A DNA stretch of 64,000 nt from the human T2T-CHM13v2.0 reference genome, Homo sapiens. Below, one piece after another: positions 28,398-42,140 of the stretch (within the stretch, counting starts at the first letter, position 1; each line of letters starts with the position of its first letter). Made by a program: the position numbers and the translations under genes. The stretch spans positions 57,440,001-57,504,000 of the forward strand of contig CP086569.2 in the NCBI GenBank assembly GCA_009914755.4, in the 5' to 3' direction. The notes under the pieces were generated by a model that did not search any database, was not told where the DNA came from, and worked only from the letters and a program-made list of their open reading frames with translations.

Positions 28398-31300
28398 CTC
28401 GTTTGGAATGGTCTAGTATGCAATGCAATCGACTGGCAGGGAATCAAAAGGAATGTAATCGAATGGATTGGACTGGAATGCAATGGACTCGAATAGATTG
28501 GAAACGGAAAGCAAAGGAATGGAATGGAATAGTATGGAATGGAATGGAAAGGAATGGAGTGGAATAGACTAGAGTGGAATGGAATGGACTCGAAAGCAAT
28601 GGACTGGAATGGAACTTTCTTGAATGGACTGGAATCAAACGGAATGGAATGCAATGCAATCAAATGGCATGGAATAAAATAGAATGAAAGAGAATCAAAT
28701 GGAATTGAATCGAATGGAATCGAATGGATTGGAAAGGAATAGAATGGAATGGAATGGAATTGACTCAAATGGAATGGACTAGAATGGAATGGATTCGAAT
28801 GGAAGGCAAAGGAATGGAATCTATTGGAATGGACTGTAATGGAATGGAATGGAAGGGATTGGAATGGACTCGAATGGAATGGACTGCAGTAGAAAGGATT
28901 CGAATGGAATGAAAAAGAATTGAATGGAATAGAACAGAATGGAATCAAATCGAATGAAATGGAATGGAATAGAAAGGAATGGAATGAAATGGAATGGAAA
29001 GGATTCGAATGGAATGCAATCGAATGGAATGAAATCGAATGGAATGGAATCGAACGGAATGGAATAAAATGGAAGAAAACTGGCAAGAAATGGAATCGAA
29101 ATGAATGGAGTGTTATGGAACGGACTCAAAAGGAATTGAATGTAATAGAATGGAGTGGAGTGGACTCGAATATAATGGACTAGAATGGAATGAAATCACA
29201 TGGAATGGGAACGAATGGAATGGAATGGAAAGGAATGGAATCGAATGGAAAGGAATCGAATGGAAGGGAATGAAATTGAATCAACAGGAATGGAAGGGAG
29301 TAGAATAGACGGTAATGGAATGGACTCGAATAGAATGGACACGAATGCTCAAATTGAATGGACTCGAATGGAATGGCAACGAAAGGAATGTCATCGAATG
29401 GAATTGAATCGATTGGAATGAAATCACATAGAATGGAGTGGAATCAAATGGAATTGAATCGAAAGGAAAGGAAGCGAATGGACTGAAATGAAATGGAATG
29501 GAATTGAATGGAAATTAATGCAATGGAATAGAATGGAACGAAATTTCACGGAATGGAATCAAACTGAATGGAATCAAATCAATGGAATATAATCAAATGG
29601 AATGGAAAGGAATTGAATGGAGTAGATTGGATTGGATGGGATTGGAATGAAATGTACTGGAAAGGACTCGAATTTCATGAAACGGAATGGAATGAATTGG
29701 AACGGAATGGACTCGAATGGAATGGAATGTCATGGAATGGCATCAAATGGAATGGAATCGAATGCGATGGAATGCTATGGAATGGAATGGAATGCATTGG
29801 AATGGAATGTCCTCTAATGGAATGTATTCGAGTGGAATGGAATCGAATATAATGGAGTCTAATGAAATGGAATTGAAAGGAATGGGACCGAATACAATGG
29901 AATATACTGGAATGTAATGTAATGAACTCGAATGTAATTGACTGGAATGGAATGTACATGAATGGAATGTAATCGAATGGAAAGCAATCCAATGGAATAG
30001 AATCTAATGCAATAAAATCGACTCAAATAGAGTAGAATGTAATGGAATGGAGTACAGTGCAATGGAATGGAATGGAATGGAATGCAATGGAATGGAATGG
30101 AATGGAATGGGATGGAATGGTATGGAATGGATAGTAATGGACTGGAGTGAAATGGACTGGAAAAGAATGGACTCAAATTGAAAGGGCTCGAAAGGAATGG
30201 AGTCAAATGGAATGGTCTGGAATGGAATGAACACGAATGTAATGCAATCCAATAGAATGGAATCGAATGGCATGGAATATAAAGAAATGGAATCGAAGAG
30301 AATGGAAACAAATGGAATGGAATTGAATGGAATGGAATTGAATGGAATGGGAACGAATGGAGTGAAATTGTATGCAGTAGAAGAGAATAGAATGGAATGC
30401 AAGCGAAAGGAAAGGAATGGATTGGAATGGAATGGAATTCATTGGAATGGAAGGGAATGTAGTGTAATGGACAGGCCTGGAATAAAGTGGAATGCTACGG
30501 TCTCGAATGGAATAAAAATGTATGGAATGGAATGCAATGAAACGGAATCGAATGTCATAGAATGTAATGGAATGCAAAAAAATGGACTCCAAAATCATTG
30601 ACTGGAAAGGCTGGGTGTCGAAAGGAATTGACTCCAATGGAATGGAATCGAATGGAATGGAAGTGAATAGAATCGAACTAAATCGAATGGAATGGAATTG
30701 ATAGGAACGGAATGGAAAGGAATGCAATGATTTGGCATGGAATGGAATCGAATGGCATCGAATGGAATGGAATGGAATGCAATGGAATGGAATGTATTAG
30801 AATGTAATGAACTTTAATGGAATGCACTCGAATGGATTCGACTGGAATGGAATGTTCTGGAAGTGAATGGACTCCAATGGAATGGATTCGAAAGGAATGG
30901 AATCTAATGGAATGGAATTAAATGGAAATGAATCAAATTGAATAGAACGGAATTGAATTGAATGGAATCGAATGCAATGGAATCTAATGAAACGGAAAGG
31001 AAAGGAATGGAATGGATTGGAATGGAATGGGCTGGAATGGAATGGAATCGAAACGAATGGAATGGAATCGAACTGAAGAGACTGGAATGGAATGCACTGG
31101 AATGGAAGGGAATGTAATGGAAGGTTCTCGAAAAAAATGGAATCGAAAGGAATGGAATTGAATGGAACGGAATAGAGTCGAATGGAATTGAATGGAATGG
31201 AATGGACTAGAGTGAAATGGAATCGAACCACAAGGAATGGACAGGAATAGAATGGTCTCGAATTGAATGGAATCGTATGGAATGGCATCAAACGGAATGG

Positions 31301-31946
31301 AATGGACAGCCACGGAATGGAATGGACACCCACGGAATGGAATGCACTCGAATGCAATGGAGTCGACACTAATGGACTGGAATAGAATGGACTCGACTGG
31401 TACGGACTCCAATGGAATGGAATCGAATGGAAGGGAATCGAAAGGAATGGACTCGAAGGGAAAAGACTGCAATGGAAAGGTCTCGAATGGAATGGAAATT
31501 AATGGAATGGAATGGAATCAAATGAAATGGAGTCAAAAGGAATGGAATCGAATGGCAAGAAATCAAATGTAATGGAATCGCAAGGAATTGATGTGAACGG
31601 AACGGAATGGAATGGAATCCAAAGGAATGGAATAGAATGGAATGGAATCGAATGGAAAGGACTCGAATGGAAATCACTCGAATAGAATGCAATTTAATAA
31701 AATAGGATCAAATGTAATGGAATGGAACGGAAAGGAATCGAAACGAAAGGAATGGAGACAGATGGAATGGAATGGAACAGAGAGCAATGGTATAGAATGG
31801 AATGGAATCATCTGGAATGGAATTGAATGGAATGGAATAATATGAAATGGAATGGAATGGAATGGAATGCCCTTGAATTAAATGGACTGGAATGGAATGG
31901 ACTCGAACAGAGTGGAATGGAAAGTGTTGAAATAGAATGGAATGGA
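28398..31946 (+). repeat. HOR unit U8 (~3549 bp; subtype B)
   Basis: Landmark spacing 28093 to 31642. It carries the same 20-bp tandem duplication at 31294-31333. Confidence 0.85.
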
Positions 31947-34900
31947 CTCGTTTGGAATGGTCTAGTATGCAATGCAATCGACTGGCAGGGAATCAAAAGG
32001 AATGTAATCGAATGGATTGGACTGGAATGCAATGGACTCGAATAGATTGGAAACGGAAAGCAAAGGAATGGAATGGAATAGTATGGAATGGAATGGAAAG
32101 GAATGGAGTGGAATAGACTAGAGTGGAATGGAATGGACTGGAAAGCAATGGACTGGAATGGAACTTTCTTGAATGGACTGGAATCAAACGGAATGGAATG
32201 CAATGCAATCAAATGGCATGGAATAAAATAGAATGAAAGAGAATCAAATGGAATTGAATCGAATGGAATCGAATGGATTGGAAAGGAATAGAATGGAATG
32301 GAATGGAATTGACTCAAATGGAATGGACTAGAATGGAATGGATTCGAATGGAAGGCAAAGGAATGGAATCTATTGGAATGGACTGTAATGGAATGGAATG
32401 GAAGGGATTGGAATGGACTCGAATGGAATGGACTGCAGTAGAAAGGATTCGAATGGAATGAAAAAGAATTGAATGGAATAGAACAGAATGGAATCAAATC
32501 GAATGAAATGGAATGGAATAGAAAGGAATGGAATGAAATGGAATGCAAAGGATTCGAATGGAATGCAATCGAATGGAATGGAATCGAACGGAATGGAATA
32601 AAATGGAAGAAAACTGGCAAGAAATGGAATCGAAATGAATGGAGTGTTATGGAACGGACTCAAAAGGAATTGAATGTAATAGAATGGAGTGGAGTGGACT
32701 CGAATATAATGGACTGGAATGGAATGAAATCACATGGAATGGGAACGAATGGAATGGAATGGAAAGGAATGGAATCGAATGGAAAGGAATCGAATGGAAG
32801 GGAATGAAATTGAATCAACAGGAATGGAAGGGAATAGAATAGACGGTAATGGAATGGACTCGAATAGAATGGACACGAATGCTCAAATTGAATGGACTCG
32901 AATGGAATGGAAACGAAAGGAATGTCATCGAATGGAATTGAATCGATTGGAATGAAATTGCATAGAATGGAGTGGAATCAAATGGAATTGAATCGAAAGG
33001 AAAGGAAGCGAATGGACTGAAATGAAATGGAATGGAATTGAATGGAAAGTAATGCAATGGAATAGAATGGAACGAAATTTCACGGAATGGAATGAAACTG
33101 AATGGAATCAAATCAATGGAATCTAATCAAGTGGAATGGAAAGGAATTGAATGGAGTAGATTGGATTGGATGGGATTGGAATGAAATGTACTGGAAAGGA
33201 CTCGAGTTTCATGAAACGGAATGGAATGAATTGGAACGGAATGGACTCGAATGGAATGCAATGTCATGGAATGGCATCAAATGGAATGGCATCAAATGGA
33301 ATGGAATCGAATGCAATGGAATGCTATGGAATGGAATGGAATGCATTGGAATGGAATGTCCTCTAATGGAATGGATTCGAGTGGAATGGAATCGAATATA
33401 ATGGAGTCGAATGAAATGGAATTGAAAGGAATGGGATCGAATACAATGGAATATACTGGAATGTAATGTAATGAACTCGAATGTAATTGACTGGAATGGA
33501 ATGTACATGAATGGAATGTAATCGAATGGAAAGTAATCCAATGGAATAGAATCTAATGCAATAAAATCGACTCAGATAGAGTAGAATGTAATGGAATGGA
33601 GTGCAGTGCAATGGAATGGAATGGAATGGAATGCAATGGAATGGAATGGAATGGAAAGGAATGGAATGGATTGGGATGGAATGGTATGGAATGGATAGTA
33701 ATGGACTGGAGTGAAATGGACTGGAAATGAATGGACTCAAATTGAAAGGGCTCGAAAGGAATGGAGTCAAAAGGAATGGTCTGGAATGGAATGAACACGA
33801 ATGTAATGCAATCCAATAGAATGGAATCGAATGGCATGGAATATAAAGAAATGGAATCGAAGAGAATGGAAACAAATGGAATGGAATTGAATGGAATGGA
33901 ATTGAATGGAATGGGAACGAATGGAGTGAAATTGTATGCAGTAGAAGAGAATAGAATGGAATGCAAGCGAAAGGAAAGGAATGGATTGGAATGGAATGGA
34001 ATTCATTGGAATGGAAGGGAATGTAGTGTAATGGACAGGCCTGGAATAAAGTGGAATGCTACGGTCTCAAATGGAATAAAAATGTATGGAATGGAATGCA
34101 ATGAAACGGAATCGAATGTCATAGAATGTAATGGAATGCAAAAAAATGGAATCCAAAATCATTGACTGGAAAGGCTGGGTGTCGAAAGGAATTGACTCCA
34201 ATGGAATGGAATCGAATGGAATGGAAGTGAATAGAATCGAACTAAATCGAATGGAATGGAACTGATAGGAACGGAATGGAAAGGAATGCAATGATTTGGC
34301 ATGGAATGGAATCGAATGGCATCGAATGGAATGGAATGGAATGCAATGGAATGGAATGTATTAGAATGTAATGAACTTTAATGGAATGTACTCGAAAGGA
34401 TTTGACTGGAATGGAATCTTCTGGAAGTGAATGGACTCCAATGGAATGGATTCGAAAGGAATGGAATCGTACGGAATGGAATCTAATGGAATGGAATTAA
34501 ATGGAAATGAATCAAATTGAATAGCACGGAATTGAATTGAATGTAATGGAATGCAATGGAATCTAATGAAACGGAAAGGAAAGGAATGCAATGGAATGGA
34601 ATGGGCTGGAATGGAAAGGAATCGAAACGAATGGAATGGAATCGAACTGAAGAGACTGGAATGGAATGCACTGGAATGGAAGGGAGTGTAATGGAAGGTT
34701 CTCGAAAAAAATGGAATCGAATGGAATGGAATTGAGTGGAACGGAATAGAGTCGAATGCAGTTGAATGGAGTGGAATGGACTAGAGTGAAATGGAATCGA
34801 ACCACAAGGAATGGACAGGAATAGAATGGTCTCGAATTGAATGGAATCGTATGGAATGGCATCAAACGGAATGGAATGGACAGCCACGGAATGGAATGCA

Positions 34901-35500
34901 CTCGAATGCAATGGAGTCGACACTAATGGACTGGAATAGAATGGACTCGACTGGTACGGACTCCAATGGAATGGAATCGAATGGAAGGGAATCGAACGGA
35001 ATGGACTCGAAGGGAAAAGACTGCAATGGAACGGTCTCGAATGGAATGGAAATTAATGGAATGGAATAGAATCGAATGAAATGGAGTCAAAAGGAATGGA
35101 ATCGAATGGCAAGAAATCGAATGTAATGGAATCGCAAGGAATTGATGTGAACGGAACGGAATGGAATGGAATCCAAAGGAATGGAATAGAATGGAATGGA
35201 ATCGAATGGAAAGGACTCGAATGGAAATCACTCGAATAGAATGCAATTTAATAAAATAGGATCAAATGTAATGGAATGGAATGGAAAGGAATCGAAACGA
35301 AAGGAATGGAGACAGATGGAATGGAATGGAACAGATAGCAATGGTATACAATGGAATGGAATCATCTGGAATGGAATTGAATGGAATGGAATAATATGAA
35401 ATGGAATGGAATGGAATGGAATGGAATGCCCTTGAATTAAATGGACTGGACTCGAACAGAGTGGAATGGAAAGTGTTGAGATAGAATGGAATGGACTCCT
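31947..35500 (+). repeat. HOR unit U9 (~3554 bp)
   Basis: Landmark spacing 31642 to 35196. It has a 10-bp deletion at ~35440 ('aaatggactggactcg' against the canonical 'aaatggactggaatggaatggactcg'). Confidence 0.85.
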
Positions 35501-38500
35501 TTGGAATGGTCTAGTATGCAATGCAATCGACTGGCAGGGAATCAAAAGGAATGTAATGGAATGGATTGGACTGGAATGCAATGGACTCGAATAGATTGGA
35601 AACGGAATGCAAAGGAATGGAATGGAATAGTATGGAATGGAATGGAAAGGAATGGAGTGGAATAGACTAGAGTGGAATGGAATGGACTGGAAAGCAATGG
35701 ACTGGAATGAAACTTTCTTGAATGGACTGGAATCAAACGGAATGGAATGCAATGCAATCAAATGGCATGGAATAAGATAGAATGAAAGAGAATCAAATGG
35801 AATTGAATCGAATGGAATCGAATGGATTGGAAAGGAAGAGAATGGAATGGAATGGAATTGACTCAAATGGAATGGACTAGAATGGAATGGATTCGAATGG
35901 AAGGCAAAGGAATGGAATCTATTGGAATGGACTGTAATGGAATGGAATGGAAGGGATTGGAATGGACTCAAATGGAATGGACTGCAATAGAAAGGATTCG
36001 AATGGAATGAAAAAGAATTGAATGGAATAGAACAGAATGGAATCAAATCGAATGAAATGGAATGGAATAGAAAGGAATGGAATGAAATGGAATGGAAAGG
36101 ATTCGAATGGAATGCAATCGAATGGAATGGAATCGAACGGAATGGAATAAAATGGAAGAAAACTGGCAAGAAATGGAATCGAAATGAATGGAGTGTTATG
36201 GAACGGACTCAAAAGGAATTGAATGTAATAGAATGGAGTGGAGTGGACTCGAATATAATGGACTGGAATGGAATGAAATCACATGGAATGGGAACGAATG
36301 GAATGGAATGGAAAGGAATGGAATCGAATGTAAAGGAATCGAACGGAAGGGAATGAAATTGAATCAACAGGAATGGAAGGGAATAGAATAGACTGTAATG
36401 GAATGGACACGAATAGAATGGACACGAATGCTCAAGTTGAATGGACTCGAATGGAATGGAAAGGAAAGGAAAGTCATCGAATGGAATTGAATCGATTGGA
36501 ATGAAATCGCATAGAATGGAGTGGAATCAAATGGAATTGAATCGAAAGGAAAGGAAGCGAATGGACTGAAATGAAATGGAATGGAATTGAATGGAAAGTA
36601 ATGCAATGGAATAGAATGGAACGAAATTTCACGGAATGGAATCAAACTGAATGGAATCAAATCAATGGAATCTAATCAAATGGAATGGAAAGGAATTGAA
36701 TGGAGTATATTGGATTGGATGGGATTGGAATGAAATGTACTGGAAAGGACTCGAATTTCATGAAACGGAATGGAATGAATTGGAACGGAATGGACTCGAA
36801 TGGAATGGAATGACATGGAATGGCATCAAATGGAATGGCATCAAATGGAATGGAATCGAATACAATGGAATGCTATGGAATGGAATGGAATGCATTGGAA
36901 TGGAATGTCCTCTAATGGAATGGATTCGAGTGGAATGGAATCGAATATAATGGAGTCGAATGAAATGGAATTGAAAGGAATGGGATCGAATAGAATGGAA
37001 TATACTGGAATGTAATGTAATGAACTCGAATGTAATTGACTGGAATGGAATGTACATGAATGGAATGTAATCGAATGGAAAGTAATCCAATGGAATAGAA
37101 TCTAATGCAATAAAATCGACTCAGATAGAGTAGAATGTAATGGAATGGAGTGCAGTGCAATGGAATGGAATGGAATGGAATGCAATGGAATGGAATGGAA
37201 TGGAATGGAATGGAATGGAATGGGATGGAATGGTATGGAATGGTATGGAATGGATAGTAATGGACTGGAGTGAAATGGACTGGAAAGGAATGGACTCAAA
37301 TTGAAAGGGCTCGAAAGGAATGGAGACAAATGAAATGGTCTGGAATGGAATGAACACGAATGTAATGCAATCCAATAGAATGGAGTCGAATGGCATGGAA
37401 TATAAAGAAATGGAATCGAAGAGAATGGAAACAAATGGAATGGAATTGAATGGAATGGAATTGAATGGAATGGGAACGAATGGAGTGAAATTGTATGCAG
37501 TAGAAGAGAATAGAATGGAATGCAAGCGAAAGGAAAGGAATGGATTGGAATGGAATGGAATTCATTGGAATGGAAGGGAATGTAGTGTAATGGACAGGCC
37601 TGGAATAAAGTGGAATGCTACGGTCTCGAATGGAATAAAAATGTATGGAATGGAATGCAATGAAACGGAATCGAATGTCATAGAATGTAATGGAATGCAA
37701 AAAAATGGAATCCAAAATCATTGACTGGAAAGGCTGGGTGTCGAAAGGAATTGACTCCAATGGAATGGAATCGAATGGAATGGAAGTGAATAGAATCGAA
37801 CTAAATCGAATGGAATGGAATTGATAGGAACGGAATGGAAAGGAATGCAATGATTTGGCATGGAATGGAATCGAATGGCATCGAATGGAATGGAATGGAA
37901 TGCAATGGAATGGAATGTATTAGAATGTAATGAACTTTAATGGAATGTACTCGAATGGATTCGACTGGAATGGAATGTTCTGGAAGTGAATGGACTCCAA
38001 TGGAATGGATTCAAAAGGAATGGAATCGTACGGAATGGAATCTAATGGAATGGAATTAAATGGAAATGAATCAAATTGAATAGCACGGAATTGAATTGAA
38101 TGGAATGGAATGCAATGGAATCTAATGAAACGGAAAGGAAAGGAATGGAATGGAATGGAATGGGCTGGAATGGAAAGGAATCGAAACGAATGGAATAGAA
38201 TCGAACTGAAGAGACTGGAATGGAATGCACTGGAATGGAAGGGAGTGTAATGGAAGGTTCTCGAAAAAAATGGAATCGAATGGAATGGAATTGAATGGAA
38301 CGGAATAGAGTCGAATGGAATTGAATGGAATGGAATGGACTAGAGTGAAATGGAATCGAACCACAAGGAATGGACAGGAATAGAATGGTCTCGAATTGAA
38401 TGGAATCGTATGGAATGGCATCAAACGGAATGGAATGGACAGCCACGGAATGGAATGCACTCGAATGCAATGGAGTCGAAACTAATGGACTGGAATAGAA

Positions 38501-39059
38501 TGGATTCGACTGGTACGGACTCCAATGGAATGGAATCGAATGGAAGGGAATCGAACGGAATGGACTCGAAGGGAAAAGACTGCAATGGAAAGGTCTCGAA
38601 TGGAATGGAAATTAATGGAATGGAATGGAATCGAATGAAATGGAGTCAAAAGGAATGGAATCGAATGGCAAGAAATCAAATGTAATGGAATCGCAAGGAA
38701 TTGATGTGAACGGAACGGAATGGAATGGAATCCAAAGGAATGGAATAGAATGGAATGGAATCGAATGGAAAGGACTCGAATGGAAATCACTCGAATAGAA
38801 TGCAATTTAATAAAATAGGATCAAATGTAATGGAATGGAATGGAAAGGAATCGAAACGGAAGGAATGGAGACCGATGGAATGGAATGGAACAGAGAGCAA
38901 TGGTATAGAATGGAATGGAATCATCTGGAATGGAATTGAATGGAATGGAATAATATGAAATGGAATGGAATGGAATGGAATGGAATGCCCTTGAATTAAA
39001 TGGACTGGAATGGAATGGACTCGAACAGAGTGGAATGGAAAGTGTTGAGATAGAATGGA
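35501..39059 (+). repeat. HOR unit U10 (~3559 bp)
   Basis: Landmark spacing 35196 to 38755. Confidence 0.85.
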
Positions 39060-40570
39060 ATGGACTCCTTTGGAATGGTGTAGTATGCAATGTAATCGAC
39101 TGGCAGGGAATCAAAAGGAATGTAATGGAATGGATTGGACTGGAATGCAATGGACTCGAATAGATTGGAAACGGAATGCAAAGGAATGGAATGGAATAGT
39201 ATGGAATGGAATGGAAAGGAATGGAGTGGAATAGACTAGAGTGGAATGGAATGGACTGGAAAGCAATGGACTGGAATGGAACTTTCTTGAATGGACTGGA
39301 ATCAAACGGAATGGAATGCAATGCAATCAAATGGCATGGAATAAAATAGAATGAAAGAGAATCAAATGGAATTGAATCGAATGGAATCGAATGGATTGGA
39401 AAGGAATAGAATGGAATGGAATGGAATTGACTCAAATGGAATGGACTAGAATGGAATGGATTCGAATGGAAGGCAAAGGAATGGAATCTATTGGAATGGA
39501 CTGTAATGGAATGGAATGGAAGGGATTGGAATGGACTCGAATGGAATGGACTGCAATAGAAAGGATTCGAATGGAATGAAAAAGAATTGAATGGAATAGA
39601 ACAGAATGGAATCAAATCGAATGAAATGGAATGGAATAGAAAGGAATGGAATGAAATGGAATGGAAAGGATTCGAATGGAATGCAATCGAATGGAATGGA
39701 ATCGAACGGAATGGAATAAAATGGAAGAAAACTGGCAAGAAATGGAATCGAAATGAATGGAGTGTTATGGAACGGACTCAAAAGGAATTGAATGTAATAG
39801 AATGGAGTGGAGTGGACTCGAATATAATGGACTGGAATGGAATGAAATCACATGGAATGGGAACGAATGGAATGGAATGGAAAGGAATGGAATCGAATGG
39901 AAAGGAATCGAACGGAAGGGAATGAAATTGAATCAACAGGAATGGAAGGGAATAGAATAGACTGTAATGGAATGGACACGAATAGAATGGACACGAATGC
40001 TCAAGTTGAATGGACTCGAATGGAATGGAAAGGAAAGGAAAGTCATCGAATGGAATTGAATCGATTGGAATGAAATCGCATAGAATGGAGTGGAATCAAA
40101 TGGAATTGAATCGAAAGGAAAGGAAGCGAATGGACTGAAATGAAATGGAATGGAATTGAATGGAAAGTAATGCAATGGAATAGAATGGAACGAAATTTCA
40201 CGGAATGGAATCAAACTGAATGGAATCAAATCAATGGAATCTAATCAAATGGAATGGAAAGGAATTGAATGGAGTATATTGGATTGGATGGGATTGGAAT
40301 GAAATGTACTGGAAAGGACTCGAATTTCATGAAACGGAATGGAATGAATTGGAACGGAATGGACTCGAATGGAATGGAATGACATGGAATGGCATCAAAT
40401 GGAATGGCATCAAATGGAATGGAATCGAATACAATGGAATGCTATGGAATGGAATGGAATGCATTGGAATGGAATGTCCTCTAATGGAATGGATTCGAGT
40501 GGAATGGAATCGAATATAATGGAGTCGAATGAAATGGAATTGAAAGGAATGGGATCGAATAGAATGGAAT

Positions 40571-41355
40571 ATACTGGAATGTAATGTAATGAACTCGAAT
40601 GTAATTGACTGGAATGGAATGTACATGAATGGAATGTAATCGAATGGAAAGTAATCCAATGGAATAGAATCTAATGCAATAAAATCGACTCAGATAGAGT
40701 AGAATGTAATGGAATGGAGTGCAGTGCAATGGAATGGAATGGAATGGAATGCAATGGAATGGAATGGAATGGAATGGAATGGAATGGAATGGGATGGAAT
40801 GGGATGGAATGGTATGGAATGGATAGTAATGGACTGGAGTGAAATGGACTGGAAAGGAATGGACTCAAATTGAAAGGGCTCGAAAGGAATGGAGACAAAT
40901 GTAATGGTCTGGAATGGAATGAACACGAATGTAATGCAATCCAATAGAATGGAGTCGAATGGCATGGAATATAAAGAAATGGAATCGAAGAGAATGGAAA
41001 CAAATGGAATGGAATTGAATGGAATGGAATTGAATGGAATGGGAACGAATGGAGTGAAATTGTATGCAGTAGAAGAGAATAGAATGGAATGCAAGCGAAA
41101 GGAAAGGAATGGATTGGAATGGAATGGAATTCATTGGAATGGAAGGGAATGTAGTGTAATGGACAGGCCTGGAATAAAGTGGAATGCTACGGTCTCGAAT
41201 GGAATAAAAATGTATGGAATGGAATGCAATGAAACGGAATCGAATGTCATAGAATGTAATGGAATGCAAAAAAATGGAATCCAAAATCATTGACTGGAAA
41301 GGCTGGGTGTCGAAAGGAATTGACTCCAATGGAATGGAATCGAATGGAATGGAAT
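40571..41355 (+). repeat. Intra-unit tandem duplication in U11, copy A (785 bp)
   Basis: 'ggaatatactggaatgtaatgtaatgaactcgaatgtaattgactgg' begins at 40566 and again at 41351. At the junction (~41355) the canonical continuation '...gaatggaatggaagtgaatagaatcg' is replaced by '...gaatggaatggaa|tatactggaatg'. Confidence 0.8.
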
Positions 41356-42140
41356 ATACTGGAATGTAATGTAATGAACTCGAATGTAATTGACTGGAAT
41401 GGAATGTACATGAATGGAATGTAATCGAATGGAAAGTAATCCAATGGAATAGAATCTAATGCAATAAAATCGACTCAGATAGAGTAGAATGTAATGGAAT
41501 GGAGTGCAGTGCAATGGAATGGAATGGAATGGAATGCAATGGAATGGAAGGCAATGCAATGGAATGGAATGGAATGGAATGGAATGGGATGGAATGGTAT
41601 GGAATGGATAGTAATGGACTGGAGTGAAATGGACTGGAAAGGAATGGACTCAAATTGAAAGGGCTCGAAAGGAATGGAGACAAATGGAATGGTCTGGAAT
41701 GGAATGAACACGAATGTAATGCAATCCAATAGAATGGAGTCGAATGGCAGGGAATATAAAGAAATGGAATCGAAGAGAATGGAAACAAACGGAATGGAAT
41801 TGAATGGAATGGAATTGAATGGAATGGGAACGAATGGAGTGAAATTGTATGCAGTAGAAGAGAATAGAATGGAATGCAAGCGAAAGGAAAGGAATGGATT
41901 GGAATGGAATGGAATTCATTGGAATGGAAGGGAATGTAGTGTAATGGACAGGCCTGGAATAAAGTGGAATGCTACGGTCTCGAATGGAATAAAAATGTAT
42001 GGAATGGAATGCAATGAAACGGAATCGAATGTCATAGAATGTAATGGAATGCAAAAAAATGGACTCCAAAATCATTGACTGGAAAGGCTGGGTGTCGAAA
42101 GGAATTGACTCCAATGGAATGGAATCGAATGGAATGGAAG
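41356..42140 (+). repeat. Intra-unit tandem duplication in U11, copy B (785 bp)
   Basis: The second copy ends at ~42140, after which the canonical 'gtgaatagaatcaaactaaatcgaatgg' resumes. The two copies differ by a few substitutions, for example gtaatggtctgg against ggaatggtctgg. Confidence 0.8.

Noticed and set aside
35228-36169. The longest ORFs in the six-frame track, on the minus strand: 313 aa here and 305 aa at 38821-39738, 43173-44090, 46712-47629, 50246-51163 and 53794-54711. They would encode 'IPFHS/IPFDS' repeat peptides.
   Set aside because: These are artefacts of (ATTCC)n having no stop codon in any frame. The 5-nt period cycles through all three frames, and ORF ends coincide with random diverged bases. 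Overlapping ORFs sit in different frames at the same locus. Indels between units break the frames freely and there is no codon-position signal.
41356-42140. Whether the 785-bp extra segment in U11 is a mobile-element insertion.
   Set aside because: It is a near-exact co-linear copy of the immediately preceding 785 bp of the same unit. It has no terminal repeats, target-site duplication or coding capacity, so it is a tandem duplication rather than a transposon.
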